Shown here: piece by piece, positions 7,557 through 18,443 of the stretch
Layout of the letters: every line of letters begins with the position of its first letter
Position numbering within the stretch: the first letter of the stretch is position 1
Source: an uncultured Candidatus Saccharibacteria bacterium
GTDB lineage: Bacteria > Patescibacteriota > WWE3 > UBA101185 > UBA10185
DNA length: 54,436 nt
Assembly: GCA_964434935.1 (NCBI GenBank)
Contig: CAYSWS010000004.1
Span: forward strand, 1 to 54,436
Direction: 5' to 3'
Translations under genes and position numbers: made by a program
The notes under the pieces: model-generated
Databases searched by the model: none
Told to the model about the DNA's origin: nothing
Seen by the model: only the letters and a program-made list of their open reading frames with translations

Positions 7557-7805
7557 TCATCTTATAAAGGTTTTTGGTGTGATCTCGCTGACGCTATCAG
7601 CACGCATTACAAACTGATTGGAAGGTCCAGGTAATCCCGGATGTTCGAAGTACCACATTCCGTTATCCTCAAGAAGTAATAGGTCACCTGTCCTTCCGTT
7701 TAATTTCCTCTTGATCTCGCCTCCGTTGCTCAACAAATATCTGGCAATTTCAATAAAAGGTACATCGCTCAGATCCCCGGGAAGTTCGTCTCTTTGTAAG
7801 CCCAT
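7557..7805 (-). CDS. Hypothetical small protein (82 aa)
   Basis: AAGGAGAG Shine-Dalgarno 3 nt upstream of the ATG, a terminator downstream, and ordinary amino-acid composition. No family recognised. Confidence 0.6.
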   Translation of the reverse strand: MGLQRDELPGDLSDVPFIEIARYLLSNGGEIKRKLNGRTGDLLLLEDNGMWYFEHPGLPGPSNQFVMRADSVSEITPKTFIR

Positions 7806-7830
7806 GATCTCTCCTTATTTACTCGTTGAG

Positions 7831-7839
7831 ATTTAAGCA
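7831..7839 (-). promoter_or_regulatory. Extended -10-like element (TGcTTAAAT on the minus strand)
   Basis: The reverse complement of 7831-7839 is TGCTTAAAT, upstream of the SD-bearing leader of the 82-aa ORF. Confidence 0.25.
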
Positions 7840-7900
7840 ACTAAAATTAGAATAATTGCAAAGTCCCAAAATGTAAACAATTTTTTGTTGACCGTTACTC

Positions 7901-7909
7901 TGCTACAAT
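7901..7909 (+). promoter_or_regulatory. Extended -10 element TGcTACAAT
   Basis: It lies 7 nt upstream of ATG 7917, with no usable SD spacing. This predicts a leaderless or 1-nt-leader mRNA. Confidence 0.35.
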
Positions 7910-7916
7910 TAACAGG

Positions 7917-8780
7917 ATGGAGAAAAAGGATCTCTTTATTCAGAAAATCCAGAAAATGTTCGGCCCCAAGCATGTCCGGGTTCTCCAGCACATGTACAGC
8001 AGGCCCCCGCTCACTTTTAGGGTGAATACATCCAAGGTAAATCTAAACGAAGCACTTAGGGAATTAAAAAGGCAAAGATTTTTAGTCAAACCGGGTCCGC
8101 TAAGAGATAGCTTTATCGTTCTCAAAGAACCTGAAGACCTAAGGCTTTCTCACACCAGCTTAGCCGAAGAAGGCAAGATCTACATCCAAAACTTGTCCAG
8201 CATGGTACCGGTTTTTATGCTGGATCCGCAGGAAGGAGAGAGAATTTTGGATATGTGCGCTGCCCCCGGTAGCAAAACATCCCAAATGGCCGTCATGACC
8301 AGAGGGAATGCGCAAATAGTGGCTGTAGAGAACAACAAGAATAGGGTTTTTAAGTTGGAAGATAATTTAAGAAGGCAGGGCATCAAAAATGTTGAGGTTA
8401 TTTATAACTCGGGTGTAGGTTTAGAAAAAAAGTATGCACTTTTTACTGAGTATTTTGATAAGGTTCTTCTTGATGCCCCCTGTTCGAATGAAGGGTTGAT
8501 CTGTCTGACAGAACCTAGAACTTTTGAGTACTGGAATCCCAAGCAACCTAAAAAACTGGCTAAACTACAAAAAAAGCTTATTTCTTCAGCCATCAATATG
8601 TTGGCGCCCGGAGGCAGCTTGGTTTATTCGACCTGTACATTTAGCAAGGAAGAAAATGAGGAGATCGTGGCTTGGGTCTTGCAAAGATATAAGAATATGA
8701 GCATGCAGGAAGTTAAAAAGATCCTACCGGATGGGTTGTTTACTGGTTTTTTTGCTGCAAAGTTTGTAAAGCTTGAATAG
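7917..8780 (+). CDS. RsmB/RsmF (NOL1/NOP2/Sun) family rRNA cytosine-C5 methyltransferase
   Basis: SAM motif DMCAAPGSKTS, catalytic LDAPCSNEG and YSTCT, C-terminal DGLFTGFFAAKF. It lacks the NusB-like N-terminal domain. Confidence 0.88.
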   Translation: MEKKDLFIQKIQKMFGPKHVRVLQHMYSRPPLTFRVNTSKVNLNEALRELKRQRFLVKPGPLRDSFIVLKEPEDLRLSHTSLAEEGKIYIQNLSSMVPVFMLDPQEGERILDMCAAPGSKTSQMAVMTRGNAQIVAVENNKNRVFKLEDNLRRQGIKNVEVIYNSGVGLEKKYALFTEYFDKVLLDAPCSNEGLICLTEPRTFEYWNPKQPKKLAKLQKKLISSAINMLAPGGSLVYSTCTFSKEENEEIVAWVLQRYKNMSMQEVKKILPDGLFTGFFAAKFVKLE

Positions 8781-10320
8781 ACTGGATAGCAGGTGCGTAG
8801 TTTGGCTCTATTTCCAAGGTTTTTTTGAAATATTCCATAGCTTGATCCGGGTTTCCCAGTTGATATTCGATGAGTCCAAGTTTATGCATAGATTGATAGA
8901 GACCGGGATTGATCTCAAGAGATCTGAGAAGTAGTTTTTTGGCGTCTTCATAATAACCAAGTTGCATAAGGGTGTTGCCCAGGTTATGTATGGCTTCAGA
9001 GTAGTAGGGATTCAATTCAATAGCCCTCTTGAAATGCCAGATAGATTTTTCCCAATCTCCCTCAACGCCGTATACGTCTCCTAAATTATTTTGGGCTCTG
9101 GCACTGTAGGGTCCCCTAGCCTCAGCCGAAAGCCACAGACTTTTTCTGGTTCTCCATTCCATGGCTCTGGCAATAGTTCTGCCCGAATAAGCTAGCATAA
9201 GGATCACCGTTAATATGACAGCCAGATTTTTAATATTGAATTTACGTTCCATATTCAAGATTAGCATGGCTATAAGGGTGGTAAAAATTCCCGTAGCAAA
9301 GTAAAGATACCGTTCAGCTACCATCCAGGCCACCAGCACAGGGCTGAAAACCGGCAAAATGGAAATGAACATCAAAATGATCATGCCTCCTATCAAACGG
9401 GTTTTTTTGTTGAACCATAAAGCAGCCGTAGCAGAGACAAGAGCTAGAGAGAAAATGATCATAATTCTATATTTGACCTTGGTCAGCGCCTCACCCTCGT
9501 GATAGATGGTAAGTTTTTTAGGGAAGAGCAGAAGCTCGGAATTGTTATAGATCGAATAAGGCAGCCTATTAATATACGGTGTGGAATCTGATGTATTTAG
9601 CCTGGCTACCCTTTCTGTTACCCTGGCATCTCCGCTGATGACAAAAAAGGAGATCAAGCCAATAAGAAATAGCGGTAAAATGGGAACTAGGGATTTGAAG
9701 TTATAGCCCCTCTCCAGTATAAAAAAATCAATTCCCGCCACGATAAAAGGTATGATCAGCACCCAATAATTAGGAAAAGTCATTGATATGAAGGTGAAAA
9801 ACGCAAACAAAGCTATCAGTACCTTCTTGTTCTTAGTTTTTTTATAGATGAGATACATAATAATGCTGATATTTAGATAGAAGGTGGACATAAGATAATT
9901 AAGGGCTGAGATCCAAATGACAGTTTCCGAGACTAGCGAGTGCACCAGATATATGCTACTGGAAATAGCGGCAATTTTCTTATTGAAGAGGTTATAAATT
10001 ATGAGAAAGAACAGTATTACGTTAGCAATATGGAATAGCAAAGAAAATATATGGAAAGGCAAAGGGTTTAGACCAAAGATGTTATAAATAGCTGAATAAA
10101 TTATTGATTGGTGATTAAGCGTGCCTAGTGCTTGATTAAAATCCTGGACTTGGGGATTTCTGACAATTCCTGGTATATCATCTGAAACAAACTCTCCTTT
10201 CAAGCTCCATCCAAAAACGGCAAAAGCCACCAATGCAAAAATGAAAAACAGAGGTATATTGGCTTTTAGTATGTTGATGATGTCTTTGAAGCTGCCCATC
10301 TTCAATTCTACTTGTTTCAT
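8740..10320 (-). CDS. Multi-pass membrane protein with C-terminal TPR repeats (TMTC-like GT-C glycosyltransferase candidate)
   Basis: About 10 hydrophobic helices with an early loop motif FVSDDIPGIVRNP. The C-terminus carries about 4 TPR units (AQNNLGDVYGVEGDWEKSIWHFKRAIELNPYYSEAIHNLGN...). The 3' end overlaps the rsmB-family gene by 41 bp. Confidence 0.7.
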   Translation of the reverse strand: MKQVELKMGSFKDIINILKANIPLFFIFALVAFAVFGWSLKGEFVSDDIPGIVRNPQVQDFNQALGTLNHQSIIYSAIYNIFGLNPLPFHIFSLLFHIANVILFFLIIYNLFNKKIAAISSSIYLVHSLVSETVIWISALNYLMSTFYLNISIIMYLIYKKTKNKKVLIALFAFFTFISMTFPNYWVLIIPFIVAGIDFFILERGYNFKSLVPILPLFLIGLISFFVISGDARVTERVARLNTSDSTPYINRLPYSIYNNSELLLFPKKLTIYHEGEALTKVKYRIMIIFSLALVSATAALWFNKKTRLIGGMIILMFISILPVFSPVLVAWMVAERYLYFATGIFTTLIAMLILNMERKFNIKNLAVILTVILMLAYSGRTIARAMEWRTRKSLWLSAEARGPYSARAQNNLGDVYGVEGDWEKSIWHFKRAIELNPYYSEAIHNLGNTLMQLGYYEDAKKLLLRSLEINPGLYQSMHKLGLIEYQLGNPDQAMEYFKKTLEIEPNYAPAIQSIQALQTLQQKNQ

Positions 10321-10328
10321 AAACGTAA

Positions 10329-10344
10329 TGTTATTATGATACCA
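10329..10344. promoter_or_regulatory. Overlapping divergent extended -10 elements in a 26-bp intergenic region
   Basis: Plus strand: TGtTATTAT (10329-10337), 9 nt before lepB ATG 10347. Minus strand: TGgTATCAT (reverse complement of 10336-10344), 15 nt before ATG 10320. Confidence 0.3.
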
Positions 10345-10346
10345 CT

Positions 10347-10889
10347 ATGAAGAAAAGTCTTTTCGTCGAACTTATTGAAACTGTGTTATCAAGCCTTGTG
10401 GTGATATTTATCCTTTACACGACCATTGCCATACCGGAACAAGTACAGGGAGCCAGTATGGAGCCAAGTTTTTATAGTGGAGAACGAATATTAGTGGAAA
10501 AGATCACAAAATATTTTAAAGATTATGAGACAGGAGAAATAGTGGTGCTCCACCCGCCCAATGATAACAACGTGGATTTTATCAAAAGGGTCATTGCCGT
10601 CCCGGGAGATATTGTAAAGATCTACAATTGCGGTGTGTATATTAATCGGGATGGGCACAAATACAAACTAGAGGAACCTTATTTATTTATGGACACCTGC
10701 ACAGCCTCCGGAGGCAGGTTGGGTGAAGGGAGATCTTATAAACTCAACGAAAACGAGTACTTGGTCCTGGGGGACAACCGTACCAGGTCAGCAGACTCTA
10801 GGTCATTTGGATTTGTCACCAAGGATAGAATTGTGGGCAGGGTTGTGTTTAGATTTTGGCCTGTTTCTCAGATAGGCTACATCAATTAA
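10347..10889 (+). CDS. lepB: Signal peptidase I
   Basis: GASMEPSF (catalytic Ser box), IKRVIAVPGD and LGDNRTRSADSR boxes, with an N-terminal TM helix. Confidence 0.92.
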   Translation: MKKSLFVELIETVLSSLVVIFILYTTIAIPEQVQGASMEPSFYSGERILVEKITKYFKDYETGEIVVLHPPNDNNVDFIKRVIAVPGDIVKIYNCGVYINRDGHKYKLEEPYLFMDTCTASGGRLGEGRSYKLNENEYLVLGDNRTRSADSRSFGFVTKDRIVGRVVFRFWPVSQIGYIN

Positions 10890-10907
10890 AGAAAATACTA
10901 TAAACTA

Positions 10908-10936
10908 TTGACATATAAAATTTGATATGATAACTT
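10908..10936 (+). promoter_or_regulatory. Candidate sigma70 promoter upstream of rpoB
   Basis: TTGACA (10908-10913), 17 nt spacer, TAACTT (10931-10936). A second hexamer, TATATT (10979-10984), lies 6 nt before TTG 10991. Confidence 0.3.
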
Positions 10937-10999
10937 ACGCTACGTTCGCTTGTTATTGAATTAATGGCCAAAAAGCGCTATATTTATTAATTGCAGCCC

Positions 11000-13900
11000 A
11001 TGAGACAATCATTTTCGAAACTAAAAAGAAATCTATCATTGCCTAATTTAATGGAGGTACAACTGGAGTCGTACGATTGGTTGATGAAGGATGGTATCAA
11101 GGAGATTTTGGACGAACTCGGCATAATTGAAGATTATTCAGGTAGAGGCTGGGTTGTAACCTTATCAGACCCCGAAATTGAAGTAGAAAATCTTTCCGTT
11201 GATGACGCCATCCACACAGGTAGGACTTATGATGCCCCTTGGTATTTGAAGGCCACGTTGGAAGATAAGCTGAATAAGAAGAAAAAGGAGCAGAAGATCT
11301 ATATGGGGGACATACCCCTCATGACAGATAGGGGGACTTTTATTGTTAATGGAGTTGAAAGAGTTATCATCAACCAGCTTATTAGATCAGAGGGCGTTCT
11401 CTTTACCGGAGAGATATCTCCCGTTACGGGACAAATGATGGGGGGAGCTAAAGTGTTACCAAAAAACGGTGCTTGGTTGGAAATAGAAACGTCCAGAAGT
11501 GGTGTAATTAACGTCAAGATCGACAGAAAAAGGAAAATGACCATAACTACTCTGTTAAGGATCTTTGGTTTGGCCACAGATGATGCTATCAGGGGTGCCT
11601 TCGAAACCGTGGAAACAAATCCTGAGATAAACTACACAGAGGCCACCTTGGCCAAAGACCCGGCAGATGATTTTAATGAAGCATGCCTGGAAGTTTATAG
11701 AAAGCAAAGACCCGGAGAGCCGTTGGTGCTGGAAAACGCTGTTTCTTACGTCAATGCCTTATTTTTTAATCCCAGAAGATACAGTTTAGGTGATGTGGGC
11801 AGATTTAAACTAAATCAGGAATTGGGTCATGATTTTCCTAACACTGAAGAATACAGGTTACTTCAATTGGAAGACCTTATTGCCATTATTAAAAGGATCA
11901 TAGAACTAAATAACGGTCTTGGTGAAGTTAGCGATGTTGATAATCTGGCTAATAGGCGAGTAAAAAGAGTCGGTGAGCTTTTACAATGGCAAATGAGGAT
12001 CGGCTTTTTACGTATGGAGAAAAATATTAAAGAAAGAATGACCATGCAGCCAAGGGAAGAGCTGCCTATGCCCGGAGTTCTTATAAGCCCCAGGGCAGTG
12101 GCTGCCAGCATTCACAGCTTTTTTGCCACCGGCCAGCTCTCTCAATTTCAGGATCAGCAAAATCCCCTAACTTCGCTAGCGCACTTAAGAAGATTGTCGG
12201 TTTTAGGTCCCGGAGGTCTGACCAAGGAAAGAGCCAGCATGGCTGTAAGGGATGTTCACTACTCATCTTTTGGCCGAATTTGCCCGGTGAGAACGCCTGA
12301 AGGCCCCAACATCGGTCTTATTAACTATTTGGCTATGTTTGCCAGGGTGAATAAATACGGATTTTTGGAAACACCCTACTTAAAGCTGGAAAAAGAAGAA
12401 AACGGCAAGATCCGTGTAACAGATGAAGTTGTGTTCTTAGCCGCCTACGATGAAGAGCAGGTCTATATAACAGATTCGTCGGTCAAAACTAATGATAAGA
12501 ACTATATTGTCGAAAATCAGATCCCTTTACGAAAAGCCGGCAACTTTATTTTAGGAGACCCCGCCCTGGCTGAGTACATAGAGATCTTGCCTAGCCAGAT
12601 TGTGGGTATAAGTGCCGGCCTCATTCCTTTCCTGCAAAATAATGATGTGGCTCGTGCTCTTATGGGTACCCAGCAGATGTCCCAGTCAGTGCCTTTAGTG
12701 AAGCCCGAAGCTCCTATTGTAGGCACCGGCATCGAAAGAGATATAGCTCTTAATTCCAACGCTGTTATTGTTGCTCAAGATAGCGGCGAGGTTGTTTACG
12801 CCGATGCCAACAGGGTAGAGGTCAAATATAAAAAAGAAGGCAAAGCCGTCTATAGTGCTATAAAGTTCCAGCAATCCAATACTAAAACCTGTTTTAATCA
12901 GTATGTACGGGTCAACATAGGCGATAAGATCAAGAAAGGCGATGTTTTAATAGAGGGTCCCTCGGCTGAGGATGGCGAGTTGGCTATTGGTACAAACATG
13001 AGGGCGGCTTACATGATCTGGGAAGGCTACGAATTTGAAGATGGAGTTGTTATTTCGGACAGATTGGTCAAAGAAGATACGCTAACTTCCATACATATTT
13101 CGGATCACGCCATACCCGTTCTGGAAACTAAGCTTGGGCCGGAAGAGATCACTAGAGATATTCCTAATGTTTCTGAAGAGGCCTTGAGGAATTTGGATGA
13201 AGAAGGCATAGTGGCTGTTGGTTCGAAGATCAATTCGGGCGATATCCTGGTAGGAAAAGTAGCTCCTAAAGGCGAAGCCGAGCTGTCGGCTGAAGAAAGG
13301 CTGCTCAGAGCTATATTTGGTGAAAAGGCCAAGGATGTCAGAGACAACTCACTTTACATGCCGCATGGCCAGCAAGGTGTGGTCATCGGTGTAAAGAGAG
13401 TGACCAAGGAAGAAAATGAGGATCTTCCCGCCGGTACCATCGAGGAGATCACGGTTTATGTAGCCCAGATGAAGAAGATAGAAATTGGCGACAAACTAGC
13501 AGGAAGACACGGAAATAAAGGTGTCATATCGGCCATCGTACCTGAAGTGGACATGCCCATGTTGGAAGACGGTACCTCCGTAGATATTGTTTTTTCGTCT
13601 GAGGCGGTCCTGAAAAGAATGAATGTAGGTCAGATATTGGAAACTTCGTTGGGCATGGCCGGGAAGAAGATGGGTAAAAAATATGAAGTACCCCTGTTGC
13701 AAGCCATTCCTGAAGAAGATATCCAAAAAGAACTTAAAGAAGCCGGTTTTCCCCAAAGCGGAAAGATGAAACTTATAGACGGGAGAACAGGAGAATACTT
13801 TGATAATGAGATCGTGGTGGGAAATTCTTATATTCTAAAACTAGTACACATGAGCGAAGAAAAAATGCACGCCAGATCTACCGGACCTTATTCCTTGATA

Positions 13901-14305
13901 ACCCAACAGCCTTTAGGCGGGAAGGCACAATTTGGCGGTCAGAGATTCGGGGAGATGGAAGTGTGGGCATTGGAAGCTTATGGTGCCGCCCATATTCTGA
14001 ACGAAATGTTGACCATAAAATCTGATGATCTTGTAGGTAGAACCCAAGCCTACAGCGCCATCATCCAAGGAAACGAGATCCCGGAACCTACCGTACCTGA
14101 AACTTTCAAACTGTTGGTCAGGCAGCTTAACGGTCTGGGTATGGGATTGGAGGCGTTGACTTCCGAAGAGGAAGCTGAAGGAGAAGCAGAGCCGGTGGAT
14201 ACAGGTGAGATCAATGAGGATGTGGTGGAGGCGATATTTTCCGGCAAGGACGACGGCATAGAAGAAGAACTCAAGGAAGAGATAGAGGAGAAAACTGAGG
14301 AATAA
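11000..14305 (+). CDS. rpoB: DNA-directed RNA polymerase subunit beta
   Basis: MRQSFSKLKRNLSLPNLMEVQLESYDWL N-terminus, plus GDKLAGRHGNKGV and GGQRFGEMEVWALEAYGAA motifs. The C-terminal tail is acidic. The ORF is also open from TTG 10991. Confidence 0.97.
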   Translation: MRQSFSKLKRNLSLPNLMEVQLESYDWLMKDGIKEILDELGIIEDYSGRGWVVTLSDPEIEVENLSVDDAIHTGRTYDAPWYLKATLEDKLNKKKKEQKIYMGDIPLMTDRGTFIVNGVERVIINQLIRSEGVLFTGEISPVTGQMMGGAKVLPKNGAWLEIETSRSGVINVKIDRKRKMTITTLLRIFGLATDDAIRGAFETVETNPEINYTEATLAKDPADDFNEACLEVYRKQRPGEPLVLENAVSYVNALFFNPRRYSLGDVGRFKLNQELGHDFPNTEEYRLLQLEDLIAIIKRIIELNNGLGEVSDVDNLANRRVKRVGELLQWQMRIGFLRMEKNIKERMTMQPREELPMPGVLISPRAVAASIHSFFATGQLSQFQDQQNPLTSLAHLRRLSVLGPGGLTKERASMAVRDVHYSSFGRICPVRTPEGPNIGLINYLAMFARVNKYGFLETPYLKLEKEENGKIRVTDEVVFLAAYDEEQVYITDSSVKTNDKNYIVENQIPLRKAGNFILGDPALAEYIEILPSQIVGISAGLIPFLQNNDVARALMGTQQMSQSVPLVKPEAPIVGTGIERDIALNSNAVIVAQDSGEVVYADANRVEVKYKKEGKAVYSAIKFQQSNTKTCFNQYVRVNIGDKIKKGDVLIEGPSAEDGELAIGTNMRAAYMIWEGYEFEDGVVISDRLVKEDTLTSIHISDHAIPVLETKLGPEEITRDIPNVSEEALRNLDEEGIVAVGSKINSGDILVGKVAPKGEAELSAEERLLRAIFGEKAKDVRDNSLYMPHGQQGVVIGVKRVTKEENEDLPAGTIEEITVYVAQMKKIEIGDKLAGRHGNKGVISAIVPEVDMPMLEDGTSVDIVFSSEAVLKRMNVGQILETSLGMAGKKMGKKYEVPLLQAIPEEDIQKELKEAGFPQSGKMKLIDGRTGEYFDNEIVVGNSYILKLVHMSEEKMHARSTGPYSLITQQPLGGKAQFGGQRFGEMEVWALEAYGAAHILNEMLTIKSDDLVGRTQAYSAIIQGNEIPEPTVPETFKLLVRQLNGLGMGLEALTSEEEAEGEAEPVDTGEINEDVVEAIFSGKDDGIEEELKEEIEEKTEE

Positions 14306-14307
14306 GT

Positions 14308-17300
14308 ATGAAAAATCTAAGCGACCTAAAAAAATTCGATTCCATAAGAATATACTTGGCAGACAGCAAAGAGATACTGTCATGGTCCTATGGAGAAGTT
14401 ACCAAACCTGAGACCATCAATTACAGGACATTCAAAGCCGAGCGGGAAGGTTTGTTCGATGAGAGGATCTTTGGTCCGGTAAAGAATTACGAATGTTACT
14501 GCGGTAAGTACAAGGGTATCAGATATAGAGATGTCATTTGCGACAAGTGCGGTGTGCAAGTCACCTCATCCAGGGTCAGAAGAGAACGCATGGGCCACAT
14601 CAAGCTGGCCTCTCCTGTAGCCCACGTCTGGCTGTTTAGGGGTATTCCTTCCAAAATGGCGCTCATACTTAATCTCACCCCTAGAAATGTGGAGTCCGTC
14701 ATTTACTTTTCCGCCTTCATAGTGACGGAAATAGATCCGGCCAAAAAGACCCACGCTATAGAAAAGGTCGAAAAAGACCTGGAAAAATCAAAATTGATCC
14801 TGGAAAAAGAAATGCAGGATAAGGTCAAAGAGGTAGAAAAAGAATTCAAAACACAAAAAACCAAAGGTGATGACCTCAAAGACCAGGAAAGAGAATTTAC
14901 CATCAAGCAAAAAGTGCAAACCATCAGAACAGCCTATGAGGAAAGAGTAGTTGAGCAGGAAAGCACCTTTAAGATGATCCTAAAAAAGATAGACAGCATT
15001 GACCTGCATGCCGTGCTTTCCGAAAATGAATACCTCAGTCTTTTTAATTACATAGAGCCTTTCTGCAAACTGGACATTGGTGCGCAGGCACTGCAGGGCA
15101 TTTTGGAAAAGATGGATCTAAATGAGCTCTCTACTCAATTGAGGGAAGAGCTGGAGAATTCTAAAGGTCAAAAAGCCATTAAAATAGCTAAAAGGCTAAA
15201 AGTAGTGGAGCAGTTCAGACGAGCCGGTATTCCTCCGGTAAATATGATCCTGGAAGTATTACCTGTCATACCGCCTGATCTGAGGCCTATGGTACAGCTG
15301 GAAGGTGGTAGGTTTGCCACCTCCGACCTTAATGATCTCTACAGAAGAGTTATAAACAGAAACAACAGGTTGAAGAGGTTGCTAGATCTGGGAGCACCGG
15401 AAATTATCGTGCGCAACGAAAAAAGAATGTTACAGGAATCTGTGGATGCTCTCTTTGATTCTTCCAAACAGAGACAAAGAGCCAGAGTTTCCCGAGGCAA
15501 GAAACAGCTCAGATCTTTAGCCGATATGATCAAGGGCAAACAAGGAACTTTCAGATTGAACCTGCTGGGTAAAAGAGTGGATTATTCCGGAAGGGGCGTG
15601 ATCATTAACGGACCTAAGTTGCAGCTTAACTCTTGCGGTATACCTAAAGAAATGGCCTTAGAGCTATTCAAGCCATATGTTCTAAAGGAAGTTCTGGCCA
15701 GAGGTTATGCTCCCAATGTGAAAAGTGCCAAGTTCTATCTGGAACAAAGAAGTCCGGAAGTGTGGGATATTTTGGAAGAAACAGTACAGGGCCACCCGGT
15801 GCTTCTTAACAGGGCACCTACGCTTTGGCGTCTGGGTATCCAGGCTTTTTACCCTAAACTTATTGAGGGTAATTCCATAAGGTTGCATTTGTGCGTGTGC
15901 TCGGGCTTTAATGCCGACTTTGACGGCGACCAAATGGCTGTCCATGTACCCTTATCCAAGCAGGCCATAGAAGAAGCCAAGGAATTGCTTATATCTACGG
16001 CAAATTTATTGAACCCATCCAATGGATCTCCTATGTCCATTCCTACCAAGATCATGCTTTTTGGTATTTATTACATGACAACCATCGATGATAAAACTGA
16101 ACCTTTTGAAGGTGTGTTTACTGACGAGGACGAACTCATTTTTGCCATGGAAGTGAATAAGCTGGTGGATCTCAGACAAGCGGTCAAAGTAAGATTGAAC
16201 GGAGTGATCACCCAAACAACTGCCGGTAGGGTTTTGTTCAACAAGATCATCCCCGAGAACTTCGGTTACCTGAATCAGGACATGGACAAAAAGAACATAA
16301 CCTCTTTGATCACCAGAACTTTTGATACGGAAGAGAATGCGGTTGTGGTTAAATTGATCGACGATCTAAAAGATCTGGGTTTTAAATATGGCACTATCTC
16401 GGGACAATCCATTTCCTTGTCGGATATAAATATTCCCGGGCACAAAGAGGAGATCGTACAAAAAGGTAAAGAAATGGTCCTGGATATTGACAACAACTAT
16501 AGAAGGGGCTTGATCACTATGCAGGAAGTTAAAAGGCTCACAGAAGATGCTTGGTATAAGGTGGTAGATGAGATCAGCGAGAGTGTTTGGGAAAATCTTA
16601 AAGATGACAATCCGGTAAAAGTGTTGGTCAAATCAGGTTCGACCAGGGCTTCCCGAAGTCAGGTGAACCAAGTGGCCGGCATCATAGGATTAGTGGCAGA
16701 TCCTACAGGAAAAACAGTTCTCGTACCTATTCTGGGGAATTATAAGATCGGCCTTTCCGGTTTGGAATACTTTGTGAAGGCCAGAGGGGCCAGAAAAGGA
16801 CTGGTGGATAAAGGTCTAAAGACAGCTGACGCCGGTTATTTGACCAGAAGGTTGGTCGATGTTTCACAAGAAGTAATAGTTCACGAAGAGGATTGCGGCA
16901 CTGAGAATGGCAGAAAACTTAAGGTAGGTCAGGGTACAATGCTGCAGAGTTTTGTGGCCAGGATATCCGGCAGATATTTACTGGAGGATGTAAAAGATAA
17001 AAATAAAGTAATTGCTAAGGCAGGGTCACTTATAGATCATAAGACAGCTGAAGACATAGAAAAGTCGGACGCAGAGATAATTGTTGTGCGCTCGCCTCTT
17101 GGTTGCGAGACCAGAAGAGGTATATGCCAAAAATGCTACGGTTTGGACCTCATGACCGGCAGAGATGTTGCCATCGGTACAGCCGTGGGAGTCTCCGCTG
17201 CCCAATCCATAGGCGAACCGGGCACACAATTAACCATGAGGACCTTCCACACCGGTGGGGTGGCCGGCAAAGATATCACGCAAGGTCTGCCCAGGGTCGA

Positions 17301-18027
17301 AGAACTGGTCGAGGCCAGAACACCTAAAGTACTGGCTTTGATGAGCGAACTGGACGGTACGGTGAGAATTCAGCAATCAGGTGATGAGAGGACCGTACTG
17401 GTCAGAGGTGTGGACATCGAGGGCAAGGACACCATAAATGAGTACCAGGTCGATCCTTTGGCAGAGATAGTAGTGGAAGACGAGGCTACGGTTAAAAAGG
17501 GCGATAAACTCACAGCCGGGCATATAGATCTCAGAGACCTTTTAAGTGTGGCCGGTGTGCGCGAGACGCAAAAATATATTATCGATGAGATACAAAATGT
17601 CTACGCTTCACAGGGAGTGAACATTAACGATAAGCATATTGAGGTCATAGTTAAGCAAATGTTCAAAAATGTGCGCATATTGGATAGCGGAGATACCGAG
17701 TTTCTGGTAGATGAGCAAGTCTCAAAAGATACTTTCTTGGAGGAGAATGAAAAAATTTTAGCTGAAGGTGGAGAACCAGCTGTAGCCGAGCTCTACTTGC
17801 TGGGTATCACTAAATCGTCCTTGGTCAGCGATAGTTTTCTTGCGGCCGCATCATTTATTCAGACCAGCAATGTGTTGACAGACGCGGCAGTGTCGGGTAA
17901 AGTCGATCAGTTACGAGGACTAAAAGAAAATGTTATCATTGGAAGGCTAATTCCCACTTTGCAGGAAAAAGAAGATGCTGCAGATCAGGGAGGCTCAGCC
18001 CGGGTTCCGGCTGAAGAAGAAGAATAA
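14308..18027 (+). CDS. rpoC: DNA-directed RNA polymerase subunit beta'
   Basis: Zn-finger [20 protein letters not shown], catalytic NADFDGDQM, and a GAGGA SD upstream. The start lies 2 nt after the rpoB stop. Confidence 0.97.
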   Translation: MKNLSDLKKFDSIRIYLADSKEILSWSYGEVTKPETINYRTFKAEREGLFDERIFGPVKNYECYCGKYKGIRYRDVICDKCGVQVTSSRVRRERMGHIKLASPVAHVWLFRGIPSKMALILNLTPRNVESVIYFSAFIVTEIDPAKKTHAIEKVEKDLEKSKLILEKEMQDKVKEVEKEFKTQKTKGDDLKDQEREFTIKQKVQTIRTAYEERVVEQESTFKMILKKIDSIDLHAVLSENEYLSLFNYIEPFCKLDIGAQALQGILEKMDLNELSTQLREELENSKGQKAIKIAKRLKVVEQFRRAGIPPVNMILEVLPVIPPDLRPMVQLEGGRFATSDLNDLYRRVINRNNRLKRLLDLGAPEIIVRNEKRMLQESVDALFDSSKQRQRARVSRGKKQLRSLADMIKGKQGTFRLNLLGKRVDYSGRGVIINGPKLQLNSCGIPKEMALELFKPYVLKEVLARGYAPNVKSAKFYLEQRSPEVWDILEETVQGHPVLLNRAPTLWRLGIQAFYPKLIEGNSIRLHLCVCSGFNADFDGDQMAVHVPLSKQAIEEAKELLISTANLLNPSNGSPMSIPTKIMLFGIYYMTTIDDKTEPFEGVFTDEDELIFAMEVNKLVDLRQAVKVRLNGVITQTTAGRVLFNKIIPENFGYLNQDMDKKNITSLITRTFDTEENAVVVKLIDDLKDLGFKYGTISGQSISLSDINIPGHKEEIVQKGKEMVLDIDNNYRRGLITMQEVKRLTEDAWYKVVDEISESVWENLKDDNPVKVLVKSGSTRASRSQVNQVAGIIGLVADPTGKTVLVPILGNYKIGLSGLEYFVKARGARKGLVDKGLKTADAGYLTRRLVDVSQEVIVHEEDCGTENGRKLKVGQGTMLQSFVARISGRYLLEDVKDKNKVIAKAGSLIDHKTAEDIEKSDAEIIVVRSPLGCETRRGICQKCYGLDLMTGRDVAIGTAVGVSAAQSIGEPGTQLTMRTFHTGGVAGKDITQGLPRVEELVEARTPKVLALMSELDGTVRIQQSGDERTVLVRGVDIEGKDTINEYQVDPLAEIVVEDEATVKKGDKLTAGHIDLRDLLSVAGVRETQKYIIDEIQNVYASQGVNINDKHIEVIVKQMFKNVRILDSGDTEFLVDEQVSKDTFLEENEKILAEGGEPAVAELYLLGITKSSLVSDSFLAAASFIQTSNVLTDAAVSGKVDQLRGLKENVIIGRLIPTLQEKEDAADQGGSARVPAEEEE

Positions 18028-18029
18028 AT

Positions 18030-18440
18030 ATGCCAACTATAAACCAAATAATTAGAAAAAGTAGAAAAAAGAAAATAAGTAAGGTTAAAACACCGGCTTT
18101 AAGTGAGACTTACAACTCTAAGAAAAGGCAGTACGTGCCTGTGGAATCGCCTTTTAAAAGAGGTGTTTGCTTGCAGGTGAGGACCCAAACTCCAAAAAAA
18201 CCAAACTCGGCTTTAAGAAAAGTAGCCAGAGTGAGACTTTCCAACAGAAGAGAGGTCACAGCTTATATTCCGGGTGAAGGTCATGGCTTGCAGGAGCACT
18301 CTGTGGTTTTGGTAAGAGGTGGCAGGGTCAAGGATCTACCGGGTATAAAATACACTATTGTGAGAGGAGTTTACGATCTGACCGGTGTCGACGGTAGAAA
18401 AAGTTCACGCTCAATATACGGAGCTAAATCTGAGAAGTAA
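18030..18440 (+). CDS. rpsL: 30S ribosomal protein S12
   Basis: [10 protein letters not shown]..., [17 protein letters not shown] and [11 protein letters not shown] motifs. Confidence 0.97.
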   Translation: MPTINQIIRKSRKKKISKVKTPALSETYNSKKRQYVPVESPFKRGVCLQVRTQTPKKPNSALRKVARVRLSNRREVTAYIPGEGHGLQEHSVVLVRGGRVKDLPGIKYTIVRGVYDLTGVDGRKSSRSIYGAKSEK

Positions 18441-18443
18441 GAT

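Noticed and set aside
7618-7836. 72-aa plus-strand ORF overlapping the 82-aa minus-strand ORF
   Set aside because: The product is Ser/Pro/Leu-rich and junk-like, with no SD. The minus-strand ORF has an AAGGAGAG SD and its own terminator, so I preferred it.
10964-10990. 8-codon mini-ORF (MAKKRYIY) ending immediately before the rpoB ORF
   Set aside because: It is too short, has no SD and is easily explained by chance in an AT-rich leader. I noted it only because it abuts the rpoB start region.
13913-14383. 156-aa minus-strand ORF spanning the rpoB/rpoC junction (and the nested 14050-14274 ORF)
   Set aside because: It is antisense to the rpoB 3' end and rpoC 5' end. It is low-complexity and Leu/Phe/Ser-rich with no independent signals.
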